A stretch of 63,535 bases of DNA, filler included, from Chiloscyllium plagiosum (Eukaryota): assembly GCF_004010195.1 (NCBI RefSeq). It is 6 parts of one record of this genome, joined end to end, with 100 filler letters (N's around TTAATTAATTAA, not from the genome) between each part and the next. Parts side by side here need not be neighbours in the genome. Positions count along the whole stretch, not along the records: positions 39,670 to 53,326 come from NC_057717.1; positions 53,427 to 59,879 come from NC_057717.1; positions 59,980 to 63,535 come from NC_057717.1; 3 more parts are not named here. The stretch is one strand, 5' to 3'. Within the stretch, counting starts at the first letter, position 1. Each line of letters opens with the position of its first letter. Below, piece after piece: positions 48,420 through 61,741 of this stretch. A program made the position numbers and the translations under genes. Under the pieces are notes generated by a model, which did no database searches, was not told the DNA's origin, and saw only the letters and a list, made by a program, of their open reading frames with translations.

Positions 48420-50860
48420 TCAAAAAAGTGGTGATGGAAAAGTATAGCTGGTCATGCAGCACAGGAGAAGCAGTACAGTTGATGTTTCGAACATGAGCTT
48501 TTCAGCAGGGATGTGTGTGGGGGTGGGTGGTAAGAAGGCTGACAGAAAAATGGGAGGGGATGAAGCTGGGGGCAGCTAAATTCGAACGCAATCAATAGAT
48601 GAAGGTGTGGTGTGATGGTTTTACTTCGCAGTCAAGGGTGGAATGGATAGGTGGTAATGAAGTTAGACAGGTAGGACAATGCAAGAGGGTGGTGCTTACT
48701 TGGAGAGGGGGATTTGGAATTAGGTGCGGTAGGGGAGATCAGGAAACTGGTGTCATCGAAATTGATCCCATGTGCAAAATGAGGTATGATCTTCCTACTG
48801 GCATTGGATAGTGGAGTTTGGTGATGGGGCAGGCCCAGCACTTGCTTGTCCTTGGCAGAATGGAAGAGGGAGTTGAACTGTGCGGTTAAAGGCACCTGAG
48901 GTTGATTGGTGCATGTATACCAAAGATGTCCTGTGAAACATTCCGCAAGTTGACGTCGTGTCCCCCCAACATGGAGGAGGACACAATGATAGCAATGGAC
49001 AAACGATATGCGATGCTTTGAGGTGAAGAAGAATCTATGCCCGATGTCGGAGGATCCTTTGGGTCTTTGGGCGGAGGGGAGGGGGACGTTTGGGCACAGA
49101 TGTTTCATCCTTTCGGTAGGAAGGGAAGGTACTTGGAGAGGAGAGAGTGCTGACTGAAGGAATGGAATCAACGAGGGATTTGTGAAGGGAATTATCTCTG
49201 TAAAATGCTGAAAGTGAATGGGACGGAAACATGTCGCTGGTGGTGGAGGCAAGAATGTATTTGTCGAAAATGGCGGATGATGCTGCATTGTTTCCAGAGA
49301 TTAGTGGGCTGGAATGTGAGAACCAGGGCAGTGCTGTCCTTGTTGCGAATGGACGGCTGGCGTTGAAGGGCGGAGGTGCAGGAAGTGGAAGAGATGCACT
49401 GGAGGGCATTATTGAACACTGGGATGGCAAAATTTCAGTGGTTGAACTGGCAGGCCATCTGAGGTGTTTTGCAGTTGAATTGGTCATACTGTGAGCAGAT
49501 ATGTTGGAGATGAAGGAATTTCGATTCAGAGGGCTTTGGGAGGAGGTGTAGTCCAGGCAGTTGTGGGAGTCGGTGGGTTTAAATTAGGTAACTGTGTTTA
49601 GATTACATTACATTCCCTGCAGTGTGGAAACAGGCCCTTCACCTCAACAAGTCCACACTGACCCTCAGAAGGCCAACCCACCCAGCCCCATTCCCCTACT
49701 TTTTTTACGCCTGACTAATCCACCTAAAACTATGGTAATTTAGCATGGCCAATTCACCTAACCGGCACATCTTTAGACTATGGGAGGAAACCAGAGCATC
49801 CGGAGGAAACCCACGCAGACATGGGGATAATGTGCAAACTCCACACAGACAGCTACCCGAGGCGGAATTGAACCTTGGTCCCTGGTGATGTGAGGCAGGA
49901 GTACTAACAACTGAGCCCCTGTGTTGAGTCATTGGCCGAAAAGGGAAATGTCCAAGTGGTTCAGCTGAACTTGGTGTATGAGAGGAAGTTCTTTGTGAAG
50001 TTGATTAATTGTTCATTTTCCTCGTGGGTGCACGAGATGGCGCTCACATAGTCATAGATGCAACTGAGGGAAATGTATGGATTGATGCCAGTGTAGATGC
50101 GGAAGATGGACTGTGCCACAAATCCGACAAAGACGAAGGCATAGCTGGGGTACATGCATTTGTCCATGGATACTCCTTTAACCTGAATGAAGTGGGATTT
50201 ATCTGAGGAGAAATTGGTGAGTGTGAGAACCAGTTCAGCCGTATGGGAATGAGTGTTGTTGTAACTTGGTCAGCGGAAGAGGAAGAATCTATATGCTTGA
50301 ACAGGGTGGTCTTGTACAGGGACTATATGTCCATGGTGAAGTTGAGACATTGTGTGCCAGTGAGCCAAAAATCATGGAGAAGGTGGAAGGTGTTGGTAGT
50401 GTCCGGAATGCATGCTGGATAGTCTTGGATCAAGGGGACAGGCCTGTGCTCAGGCGTGCGGAGGTAGGTTTAGTGGGGCAGGAGCAGGTGGAGATGATGA
50501 GTCAATCGGGACAGGGCAGTTTGTAAATTTTGGGCAACTGGTAATTGTGAGGGGTTTCTGGGCTATGAGGTTGGAGGTTGTGGATGGGAGATATTCGGAG
50601 GTAATGGCGTTGTGGATGGTCTGAGAAATGATAGTTTGATGATGAGAGATGAGGAAGTGTTCACGGGAGCATAAAGAGCAGTGAGTTAGCCCTTGGCCTC
50701 AGCAGTGTACAGGTCGGTGCGCCAAACTATCACTGCACTCCCATTGTCTGCTAGTTCTATGTTGAGGTTGGGGTTCGATCTGCGGATATGGGGTGTTGCA
50801 CGTTGCGAAGGTCAGAGGTTGGAGGGGGTGGGAGGGGTAGAAAGCGTGAGCCAGTAATGC
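48420..50860 (-). mobile_element. Penelope-like (Neptune-type) element: RT, GIY-YIG endonuclease and pseudo-LTR, decayed
   Basis: KCMYPSYAFVFVG..LSCIYDYVSA..EQLINFT (RT); FTSKHRISFVHCYHCVLLHVGGTRRQLAECFTGH..FNS..HS (GIY-YIG). Confidence 0.85.
49600..49925 (-). mobile_element. HE1-type V-SINE nested in the Penelope element
   Basis: Reverse complement of the V-domain: gggaggaaaccagagcatccggaggaaacccacgcagac..gtgcaaactccacacagac. Confidence 0.9.
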
Positions 50861-50932
50861 TACACCGGCAGTTGGAGATAAATAGGTAGAGGATGGATAA
50901 TGTAGGACTTGGCACTTTACCGTACAGTACCG

Positions 50933-51630
50933 TGTTCTGACATGAAGGTTATTCCTTTTGTTAATTAAATCAAACACAAAGAAAAGTTCACCTCGCCTCG
51001 TAATTCGTAAAAGTATGAGTGAAAGAAAAACTACCCAAGGGCCAGTATTTAACGAAAAGATAACATTTTGCTTCTTTAAGGCTCAAAGTGAACTTTAAAC
51101 AGCAACTATTTACAACTTTCCACCTCCTCTCTCTGAAAGGCTTGTTATCCACGTCCAACTCTGTAAATTATAGTGACCGAATAAACGCCCAGATAGAGTC
51201 ACATCAAATTACTTAGTCAAAACAACCCAGCAGTTGTCATCGTCGGTGTCTGCCTGCTTTCAGCTGCCAATCTCGCTGCATTGTGTTCGTGTTAGTCAGT
51301 CTGATGATAGCAGTTGGTCGCTATCTCATAAGGTAACTCTCAAAAAATGCCAATATCTTTATGCATAAAACGTCAGGCCATCACATGTTTTTGGTGTTGA
51401 AAAAACAGTATTCGATTTAGTATTCAATTTAAATTTAGTATCTTGTGCATAATCTAAACTGATCCGTTAAGTTCAAATTTTGAGAAAGCACCAGAGGCAT
51501 CTAGGCTACATCCAAATGTGAGATATTCTCAAATCTCGAGTACACTATGAGACCACATAACAAGTGCATGTAAGCTCGCAGCTTTTACTCTCATTTAAAG
51601 GTACAGTTCACGTCTTCAATTTCGTAATCA
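50933..51630 (-). mobile_element. LTR (family B), probably solo
   Basis: Both ends align with 34814-35536; TG...CA termini. Confidence 0.65.
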
Positions 51631-51639
51631 AAGACCATT

Positions 51640-53326
51640 CATCCCTCGATGTTGCGCCATAAATTGAAACCAGTGTGAAGTCTCTCTAACCCTGGATGAT
51701 TTCATTGTCAACCAAATGTTTACATAATGACAATTTCAATGCCCTTAATGTTGGTGAGCCTGCTACTGTTGCAGGCAGGTCATTCCACACCCTTTCGCCA
51801 CTCGAAGTTCAGAACTTAATTCTGATCTCTGTCCTCTAACTATGACACTTCAACTTAAAACTTTGACAACAATTCCTCCAACTTTCCACCTTATCTAATC
51901 CTCTGATCATCTTATTAGTTTCAGTTGTCACCTGTCAATCTTCTCTCTAACGAAAACAAACTCAAGTCACTCAGGAGTCTCTATAAGACCTTCGCTCCAT
52001 ATTAGGCAACATCGTGGCAAACCTCTTCCACATACTTTGCAACGTTTCCACATCTTTCCGATCATGCAGTGACCTGATCTGTACATAATACTCCAACTGC
52101 GTCCACACCAGAGTTTTGTGTAGCTGCAACGTGACCTCTTAACTCTCAAAACCAATCCCTCTACCAACTGAAGCTAATACACAGTACACATTATGAGCAA
52201 ACTTATCAACTTGGGAGGCAAATTTCAGCGATCTATGCACGTGAATACCGAAATCTCTCTGCTGATCGATACTACCAAGAATATTACCATTCGTCCATTA
52301 CACCTTATTCCTATTATTCCTTCCAAAGGGAAACACTTCACATTTTTCCGCATTAGAAACCATATATCACCTCAGAGTGAAGCTGCACAACTCATCTATA
52401 TCCTACCTCTGTAACTTGTAAAGCCTTGGCATTGTCCACACGTACGCCGACGTTTGCATTATCTGCAAAGTTACTAACTCATCATTCTCTGCTCTCATCC
52501 AGGTCGTTTATTTAAAAATGACGAACAGCACTGGCCCCAAAATACATCCTTGCAGCACACCGATAGTAACTCCAGGATAAATATTTCCTATCAATCAAAA
52601 GCATCTATCTTTATTCAGCTGACCAATTTCTGCTTCAAAATGCTAAATCGCCCTCATACCGATGCCTCCGTATTTTGTGCAATAATCTTCCGTGGGCAAC
52701 GTTATGAAACGCCTTCGTAAAATCCATAGACACGAGATCATCCGTTTGAACCTCATCCACGTGTTTGGTCACCTTCTCAAAAACTCAGTAAGGTCTTGAG
52801 TCACGACTTACCCGTCACAGAACGGTGCAAAGTGTCAGTAATCAAATTATTCCTTTCCAGATGATGATGAATCCTATCTTTTATAATCATTTCCAAACTT
52901 TTATTCCCAACTGAGGTAAAGCTCACTAATCTATAAATACCAGAATTTTCTCTACTCCCCTTCTTGTACAAGCAAACAACATCTGCTCTCTTCCAGTCTC
53001 CAGTCACAATTCCTTGGGATGACGATGATATAAAGATCAAGCCATATCACCTCCTTTGCTTCCAATGGAATCCGTGGATAAATTCCATTTGGTCAAGTTG
53101 ATGTTCACACTTTCCAGAATTGATAACACTTTCCCCAAATGAAACTCTATCCTCTCTTGTCTGACAGCCTGTATCTCAGCGTTCTCCTTGGCAGCATTGC
53201 TTTTTCACTGCATGAAAACGGAAGGGAATGTTAAGGAAGCGCCTTTTCTTTCTCTTTGGAGTCCAGACAATACTTCCCACCACTGTCCATGGTTTCACCT
53301 GAATTCATTTTGGGCATTCATTTGTC
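51640..53326 (-). mobile_element. Decayed CR1 ORF2 (RT to 3' end)
   Basis: GDWKRADVVCLYKKGSRENSGIYRLVSFTSV; 3' C-terminal motifs near 52000. Confidence 0.85.
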
Positions 53327-53426
53327 NNNNNNNNNNNNNNNNNNNNNNNNNNNNNNNNNNNNNNNNNNNNTTAATTAATTAANNNNNNNNNNNNNNNNNN
53401 NNNNNNNNNNNNNNNNNNNNNNNNNN

Positions 53427-54836
53427 ACGTGTGTCCGTGTGTTGGGGAGCATGCATATCTGTCAGGTATTGCCGGGGGGATAGCCTGACAGTTGGGAAGG
53501 GAGCAGGGAAGGAGGTGTTTGAGTGTGGGAGTGTGCAGGGGAGGAAACATGACGGTGGCCACGCATGGGGAATTGAGAGAGCGCGAGGCTGTGCGTGTGA
53601 TGGTGGGAGAGGGTTCGGGGGTGTGAACTTGATGGTGAGGATTGTGCGGTGGAATGAGTGCGATGTGGTGAGGTTTCCAGGCGAATGAGCATGATTGTGG
53701 GGGTGACTGCAGGAGAATGAACGTGGCAGTGGTGTGTGTGTCAGAGTGCGGTAGGGGAATGTGCAGTGTCGTGAGCGTGGCTTTGCAAAAGAGTGCAGGG
53801 GAGTCACTGTGACAGTGGGAGAATAAGCATGACGGTGAATGTGACAGTGGTGAAGAGTGAGGGAAAGTGAGATTTACTGTGGAATTATGTGCGTGGGGAA
53901 TGAGAGTGCTGGTGGAGAAATGTGCGGATGAATGGGCTTGTTGTTGAGGAGTGTGCGGGTGTGTGTGTTTGATCCTGTGTGTACATGCATGGGGGAATGC
54001 AAAGAGCAACGGTGGGGGAATATGCTGGGCAATCAGAATGACTATGGTGGAGTCTACAGGCGAATAAACGTGTCGGAGAGGAAGTGTGCAGAGATTGAAT
54101 GTAACAGCAGAGAAATGTGTGGGCTATTGGGTATGAGAGTGGTGTGTGAGCATGATGGTAAGTTGGATTCAAGCGGGTGAGCGTGCCGTTGGAGTTTGTG
54201 CAGGGGTGGGAATGATGGTGAGGGCATAAGCGTGGGAGTGAGCTTGACAGTGGAAGACAGTGTGGGGGGTGAACGTGATTGTCGGACAATGTGTGGGGTT
54301 GTGCGAGTATGATGGTGGTGGAGTGTGCTGAGAGTGAGGTTAAAGATTGGGGAATGAGCTAACATTTGAGCTTCACAATGATGTTCTGTATGGGGGAGTG
54401 ATAGTGGTGGTGTAGAATTGCGTGGTGGTTTCAGTGTAAAGGAAAGGGAAGTGTGTGGGCGATTCACAGTGATGGTCAGCGAGTGTGATTGAAAGTGAGC
54501 GTGATGAAACATGTGTGTTCGGGTCAAAGTGTATGATGTTAGGAGATTGGGCGGTGAGTGAATTTGGTGGTGGATGATTGTGTAGTGGAGCAACTGTGAA
54601 TGGCAGGCGTGGGCGGGAAGTGAGCATAACAGTGGGGGAGTGTGCCGGATTATAATCTTTACAATGGTTGTGCATGCAATGGGCCTGAGGGAGAGTATGC
54701 TAGTTGGTGGGGAAGTTCGCGGGTGAAGGAGTGAAATGGTGGCCGAGTGTACAAGGTAGTATGCGGAGCAGTGAGTGAGAGAGTGGAGGAATGTGTGGGG
54801 CACTGAACGTGATGGTGCAGTCTGCGTGGGCGAATG
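53427..54836 (+). repeat. GT/GA-rich low-complexity tract
   Basis: Strong G/T skew; the His/Thr/Pro-rich minus-strand ORFs are a compositional effect. Confidence 0.8.
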
Positions 54837-55499
54837 NNNNNNNNNNNNNNNNNNNNNNNNNNNNNNNNNNNNNNNNNNNNNNNNNNNNNNNNNNNNNNNN
54901 NNNNNNNNNNNNNNNNNNNNNNNNNNNNNNNNNNNNNNNNNNNNNNNNNNNNNNNNNNNNNNNNNNNNNNNNNNNNNNNNNNNNNNNNNNNNNNNNNNNN
55001 NNNNNNNNNNNNNNNNNNNNNNNNNNNNNNNNNNNNNNNNNNNNNNNNNNNNNNNNNNNNNNNNNNNNNNNNNNNNNNNNNNNNNNNNNNNNNNNNNNNN
55101 NNNNNNNNNNNNNNNNNNNNNNNNNNNNNNNNNNNNNNNNNNNNNNNNNNNNNNNNNNNNNNNNNNNNNNNNNNNNNNNNNNNNNNNNNNNNNNNNNNNN
55201 NNNNNNNNNNNNNNNNNNNNNNNNNNNNNNNNNNNNNNNNNNNNNNNNNNNNNNNNNNNNNNNNNNNNNNNNNNNNNNNNNNNNNNNNNNNNNNNNNNNN
55301 NNNNNNNNNNNNNNNNNNNNNNNNNNNNNNNNNNNNNNNNNNNNNNNNNNNNNNNNNNNNNTGTTCTCTGCAGTGTCTTGATCTCAACCTCCAGCAACAA
55401 AACCATCCCCTGCTATCTCGACAAGAACCACATCCACAAGAACTCTATGGTCTTTTCCGTGACATCAGATGGGTCCCTCCACACAGCATTTGAACACAT

Positions 55500-56350
55500 T
55501 TTAAACTGTGAGGAAGACTTTGTAGAACACTAAGAATACATTGACATTTTGGTAGGGTAAGCAGTAAGTTGATAAATGAAGTTTGGAACAGAGAAGCACG
55601 GAACAATGCAGTTTTCCAGCAAGAGCATTAAAAGGACAATATAAAATAGTTCGCAAAACCTGATGGAGTGGTGGAGTGAAGGACTGCGTTGGGGAATTAC
55701 ATGTGCACATACAATTGAAGATGGCAGGACATTAAACTTCAGTAAAAGTACAATATTCCTGGCTTTATAAAGATTGAGAACAAATTATAATTGCAAGGAG
55801 GTGCTACTGAAATTGCATCAACCACATTTTAGGCCACAACTACATTACTCTATGAAAGGATGGATGCAAACATATGGAATGATTGAGGAAGTGATTGGCA
55901 AGAATGGATCTGGGGTGACAAAGTTTAGTTGTGGAGTGAGATTGAACAGTTAGAATTGCTTTGTTTGTAGACAAAATGGCTAAGAGGATACCTGATGGCG
56001 TTCTTCAAGCTCATTGGTGGATTGGATAGAATAGATTGCATGAAATTCTTCCCGCTCATGACAGGGACAAGAACGAATGGGCACATATCTCAATTAATAT
56101 GCCAGTGAAGAAACAGTAAAACGAGCAAGGACTTCTTCACTCTGCAAGCAGTTAAGATACAATTGGATATGCTTTAGATGTATATTCGGCTGAAAATTTC
56201 AAGCGTATATTGAATGATTTATTTGATTAAATGTCATGAGTAAGGATGCGGTGCATATCAGGAAATCATTATTCAGTAAAGAGTTCAGTTAAGAGCTAGT
56301 ACCAACGTGTTGGACAAAATGACATCCTCCTGTGTCATAAGAATTCTGAG
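55500..56350 (+). mobile_element. Decayed CR1 3' end
   Basis: NCEED..IDILV.., LRGYLMAFFK and CR1 3' UTR-like sequence. Confidence 0.7.
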
Positions 56351-58579
56351 TGGTTCAATGAAATGTGAGAGTCCTGCAACTGCAAAGATTTGCGATCTTG
56401 TACGATATATTACTTCATTTCAAACCCATATTAGACAATGTAACCGTTCTTATCTCTAACTAATGCAAGCCATATGGACTTTCTTTCTCTGGAGTCTCCA
56501 GCACATTCAATCATCTCTATGCAATCTTTCTGAAGTGCTTGCCACAGTTTCTTCCGTTGCAACCTCTCTGAATCATAGAAACCTCTAATCCTTTGCAATC
56601 CTCTCCAGATCATCCAATCACCATTGTTTCTAACTCCCTCGAGCGATGACAAATCTCATGTCTTCAGTAACTCCTCCGGCATTACTATGTTCATTTTATC
56701 TGCAAAGTTATCTTCTACCACCCACAACTTTGCCCACCTTATTTACCTTCCTCCAGACATTACAACATTTCCTGTTGAGTAACTAATCCCCAAACCCAAT
56801 CCTCTAATTCAGACAGCGCTCCAATTCTGTAATTATTCCGTTCCACAAGACATCTCCCTGTATCTGGAAACTTCCAATTCTAAATCCCTCAAGATCTTTG
56901 AAAACGCCACAAGCCCTCCGTATATCCTGTAATCTCGATCAGATTTTGAAATCCTCCACGTATCTCTCATCTTCATTCGTCCCATCCAATCGGAAGTATC
57001 TGAAACGTCCTTCAATGGTTGTAACCCTCTTTCTCTACGTAAAATCCTACAAAACAATGCCTCCTTTTCAGTAGAACCTCCTCTTCTCAATCCCCTGCAG
57101 CACCAACACAAGCTGGCTCGTTTGTTGTCTACTGGCTCTCGATCTCAAACTCCACCAAATAAAATCTCTCTTTCTACCTCTATTCTCTTCAAAAACGCGA
57201 TCACCAGCACTCTGTGGCCTCGTGTACATGCGAGAATTGAAGTCTGGTATGTTCCAAATTGCATTTTGGGAGTCCATAACGGATGTAAAAAGCTCTAAAT
57301 GCCAAAAGCATTGGGGATTGTCCACTTCTAAATTTGATATGTGTATTCTGCATCTGTGCCCAGATGTGTTTCTGAACTGGTACAGTTACAACAGAAATGA
57401 AGCCCTGCAGAAGCAACTGAAAGCTATCTAGTCTCCTCTTTACCAATGATCAACTCGGCAGATGATCAGATTGGAATACCTTCTCACTTCCTCACAAGTG
57501 AATAGTTTTGTTTTGAAAACAAAATGTGTTTCAGCTTGTGTGAATTGCATCTGCATCAATGACCACAATCTATGTAGATGGGCAGTTCAGTTCACTTCTC
57601 ATAGTGTGACTGCATGTACAGGCCGTGGTTGACTGACTCCCTTGTCCCCATCCCCATTGATTTTAGTTTCTGCTGCAGAAAGACACAGAACTAAGTAAAG
57701 TGACAACTTGTCCATATACTATTTTCGTCAGGTTTCATGGAGGGTTTCTCTCAGACATCATTTTATAGCCAAAATATTTATCTGGCTAATCCAGCTCACT
57801 TTTCAATACAAACAGAACCAATACATATTCTTGCCTTTGTAATCACCCTCTTAGCTACTAGAACTATCCATTTCCCTGTAATATCCCCAGCCTTCACAAA
57901 CCTTCCTATTTATGCAGCCGTCACCTTCACACGCAATATCCACCCTTGTCTCTGGCACTTGTTGCCATCCCTGAATTATTTTTGTTTCTTGTTAAAAAGG
58001 AAAATGAATCGATCAAAACAAATAGTATGCAACAGGTCAGATGTAGCTATCTTTATGTTGATGTGTTTGTAGTGTGACCAAGACTGACAACTGGGTATTC
58101 AAGGATTTTCGTCATATATACCTGAATGATAAGTCCACCAACACTGCAAAGTAGCATTGCATATGAAGGATGGGATTAGTACTATTGTGACGCTAAATAA
58201 TTTACACACTGCTTCTCTCTGCCCTCACCCCTCGTCCTTGCTAATAGATCTTCTTACATATTGAAACTTTCAAAACTTTAGACAGTTGCTCAATGCAATC
58301 AGTGTCACTCAATACTGTCTGCAGCAGATTATGAAAAACAACACCCAACTTCTTGTCTTCTGTTTGTAATACACTTGTTCTGACTCCATGTAGACGTTCT
58401 AATTTGAGATGCAGATCTGGGCACCATTTTAATAGCTGTCTGAATGTTTTTTTGCTACTTCTCATCGAGGTGTGAGCTCCAGACTCCTGCCACACTCTGG
58501 GTGAAATAACATGTTTCCTCACCACGTTTCTAGTATTTCAAACTATTAATTTGTACCTTCCCCATGGACAACTGAACAC

Positions 58580-59200
58580 TCCATGAGAAACAAGATTTTC
58601 TTTCGATCTCGATCCAGGCCCCTGCCAACATGTGCACCCAAAACAAATATGATCTCAGCATCTCCAATCCAACCTTTTCTCAGAACTGCACTTTTCATTT
58701 TCCCAGGGCAGCAAATCTCCTCTGCACTATCCCCAATACAGTTCAGTCCTTCGAGAAGATGTGGTGCCTGGAACTGCACGCAATTACTCCAGGTGTATTC
58801 AGTTCCAGCAGAAGCTTCCAGCTCTTGTGATGTGCACTTTGCCTGATGCCGTTCGCTACTTTAACTATACTTTTAGTGTGTCCAGCTACCTTGAGGGACC
58901 TGCCCACATTGACTACTCTCTCATTTTGTTGTGTATTTCTCAGTTCTGTTGATTCCCCCAAAAGCTTTGCCTTACATGTCTTTGGGTTGCTTGCTGCATT
59001 AAACGGGGCCCCATAGCTTCTGTCTTTCAACAATCTGCCATGTTTTTTTCTTGTCAAATGCAGGTAAGTAACATAAACTGCACTAGCTATTGACTCAAAA
59101 ACACAACAGTCAGATTAAATACACACGGCTTTCCCTGAAGTAAATTCAGGCCAACTCTCTTAGAATTTCCTGAAATCTTCTAAGTGACCATTTTTCCTGT
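58580..59200 (-). mobile_element. Decayed CR1 fragment
   Basis: VQFQAPHL (cf. VQFWAPHL) and collinear CR1-like sequence. Confidence 0.55.
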
Positions 59201-59979
59201 CTCTTCGAATTCTAGTCTCTACCTATTCCATCAATCCCTTGGTCGATCATATCTCCGTTACAACGGCCCGGATATCCCAAAATAGCCTGACCATCTTGTT
59301 ACAGGTGTCACTTTAAAATCATTTTGAAACCTTGCATTGTCAATCCGAAGCTGCTCTGCACAAGGCATAGGGTGTAAAATAAGAGACACACTTTTCGGGC
59401 AAGCAACTGAGGTTCTGGCTCGTGGCGTGATGTAGAGTGGGGGTATGATCTTCCACCAGGTCTGGCAGTAGATGCTATAACGCCAGATTCTGTTCAACTT
59501 GTTCTCAGGTTGACCACTAAGTCACTGAGGTGATAACCCTCTGGGTGAATACCGAGCTATTTATTAATGAGGTCACTGACTCCTCCAATCCACCAGCGTA
59601 AGTACTACCATATGGAATTGGTGATACCGCTCTCATTCCATCTTTGCTCTGCACCCACCTCAGACCAAAGTTCATGTTTGTCCAGTCTCACTGTTAGATT
59701 CAACATCTTCTCTTGTTTCCTTTCTAAATTGCTCCCTGCACCTGATCCCAAGCCTGCCTGTCGTCTGTGCTCGGATTTCACCAGTTTCCTCATTTCCCCT
59801 CCCCCCCTTGTCGAAGTCAAATCCATCGAACTCAACACCGCCTTCCTAACCTGCAATCTTCTTCCTGACCTCTCCGCCCNNNNNNNNNNNNNNNNNNNNN
59901 NNNNNNNNNNNNNNNNNNNNNNNTTAATTAATTAANNNNNNNNNNNNNNNNNNNNNNNNNNNNNNNNNNNNNNNNNNNN

Positions 59980-60136
59980 TTTCAGCTGTCCGCTGTCGTG
60001 GTTGGTATATTGGGTACCCAGCACTGATGATGTCGCCTAGCCAGGGGACGAAACGTTTGCAACAAAAACTTCCAGCTCGGCGAACAGAACCACAACAACG
60101 AGCACCCGAGCTACATATCTTCACACAAACTTTGAA
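59980..60136 (+). mobile_element. Penelope-like 3' terminal repeat, young
   Basis: Hammerhead motif, agctcgg/ccgagct hairpin and an end at aaactttgaa; homologous to 17720-17790. Confidence 0.75.
60021..60060 (+). ncRNA. Minimal type I hammerhead ribozyme (Penelope-associated)
   Basis: GCA-CUGAUGA-U-GUCGCCU(AGCC)AGGGGAC-GAAAC-GUU-UGC: both core boxes, 7-bp stem II with one G.G mismatch, palindromic stem III AAACGUUU, stem I GCA/UGC. Confidence 0.75.
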
Positions 60137-60139
60137 CTA

Positions 60140-60930
60140 ACCAATCAGTTGCCAGATTATCCAACCTGTGGTGGACATTGATGACCATGTGATTTTTAGT
60201 GACTCATGGAAGGAACACTACAGCATCTATCAGACTTGGTCGATCGACTTCAGAAGGCAGGCTTGGTTTACACCGAGCGAAAAGTGAATTTGCCAAAGAA
60301 AAAGTCACCTTTCTTGGCCATGCTATTGGACGTAGATAAACGGTACCATGAGATTTAAAAGTGAACTTAATTGGGGAATTTATCTTGGGAGTAGTTACTG
60401 GGACTAAGTGGATTTTATCGAATGTTTGTGCCTCATTTTCGCGGTGTGACTGCCCCACACACTGAATTGTTAAATGAAGGCAAGAAGTGTCAGTGGACAG
60501 AGGACTGTCAGAAGGCATTTGACAGCAGTTGAAATACCCACGATGACACACAACTGATTATGCAAAACCATTCAAAGTGGATTTAAATGCGAATGATGTG
60601 GATATCGGTGCTGGACTCTTGCAGGAAGATAACAGGAAGGCAGAGTATTTCTCCAAGAAGTTGAATGTTCATTAGTAGAAATATTCAGCTGTTGAGAAAG
60701 AGACTGTGAACTTTGTGTTGGTACGACAAGATTTCAGTGTTTATTTTGCCAGCAACGTAATGGAGACAACCATTCACACTGATCATAACTCAATGAAGAC
60801 TTTTTGAGAAATTTTAGGACAAAGATGCGAGACGGTTTAGCTGGAACCTCTTGTTACAGCCATTCAATTTGAAAATTGTGCACGTGGCAGGTCTTAAAAA
60901 CATGATTGCCAATCCTTTGTTGATACTTGA
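60140..60930 (+). mobile_element. Gypsy RT C-terminus and RNase H, decayed
   Basis: IDDHVIFSDSWKEH, AKSEFAKEKVTFLGH, KPFKV..ANDVDIGAGLLQ, YFSKKLN, YSAVEKE, HTDHN, IVHVAGLKNMIA. Confidence 0.85.
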
Positions 60931-61113
60931 GTTACAAATGGAGGCACTCAGTGATGGAAGTACCACACACTGAATCTGGATGTAGTTGTGCATGTTGGCA
61001 TGTTTATAGTAAACGAATGTACATGCGCATTGTAGAGTACAAACTACTATTTTTGGAGTTTTTGAAAACTGAAGCCATCTTTGGATATTGAAGCTTCACT
61101 TTTATATTGGGGG

Positions 61114-61741
61114 TGTTGTCACACATTTGGTCTCTTTACCAGGTTATGTTGTCCTTGATTTTATTCCAGATAGGCTCTAAACAACCCAATGTTCCAATTT
61201 GTCTCAGTTTTGAATGCTTCATTGGGGTCCATTTTTTACCTAACAGGTAATGCTTCGGGAAGAAGGCTTTCAAGCCTTTTAAAAAAAGCTGGTGTAATCA
61301 AGGAGATGTGGCCAGCTCTCCAGCTGCACAGGTCAGTTCAGTTCGAGTTATAGTTGAGTCAGGTTCACTGTTGAAACTGGATGCACTCTCCCTCCTTCAG
61401 TCCTCTGACTTCGTAACCTGTAAGCTTTTTTGTGCAATTTTTACTCTTTGTGCTCAGGGGTTTGTTTATTGGGATTGGTGTAAGTAATTTGGATCCACAT
61501 TATTAATTGGAGATTGCTTGTCAGTTTTGGATAGGATGAATCATTCAGTATAGTATTTTCAGCTCGTTCTGTTTCATTCCTTATTTTTGTAAATAAATTC
61601 CGTTTATTTAAAAGTCGGCAGTCGGACCAGCTAACTCACTCTGGGAATATGCACTATACATTTAACTTCAACAAATAGCAACATTATGGTCAGGGAAATG
61701 TGGTTAAGAATGTTTTGAGGGGTCGGGCATGGTCCATAACA
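61114..61741 (+). mobile_element. 3' LTR (family A) preceded by a G-rich polypurine tract
   Basis: TTGGGGG|TGTTG...GGTCCATAACA; aataaa at ~61592. Confidence 0.75.

Noticed and set aside
53371..54836. His/Pro/Thr-rich ORFs
   Set aside because: Product of a CA-rich low-complexity strand, open in several frames.
11447..55533. Long ORFs of 170-450 aa in the ORF track
   Set aside because: They run through N gaps (poly-X) and are artefacts.
57068..57446. Overlapping short ORFs in unique-looking sequence
   Set aside because: No recognisable domain in any frame and no consistent splice pair.
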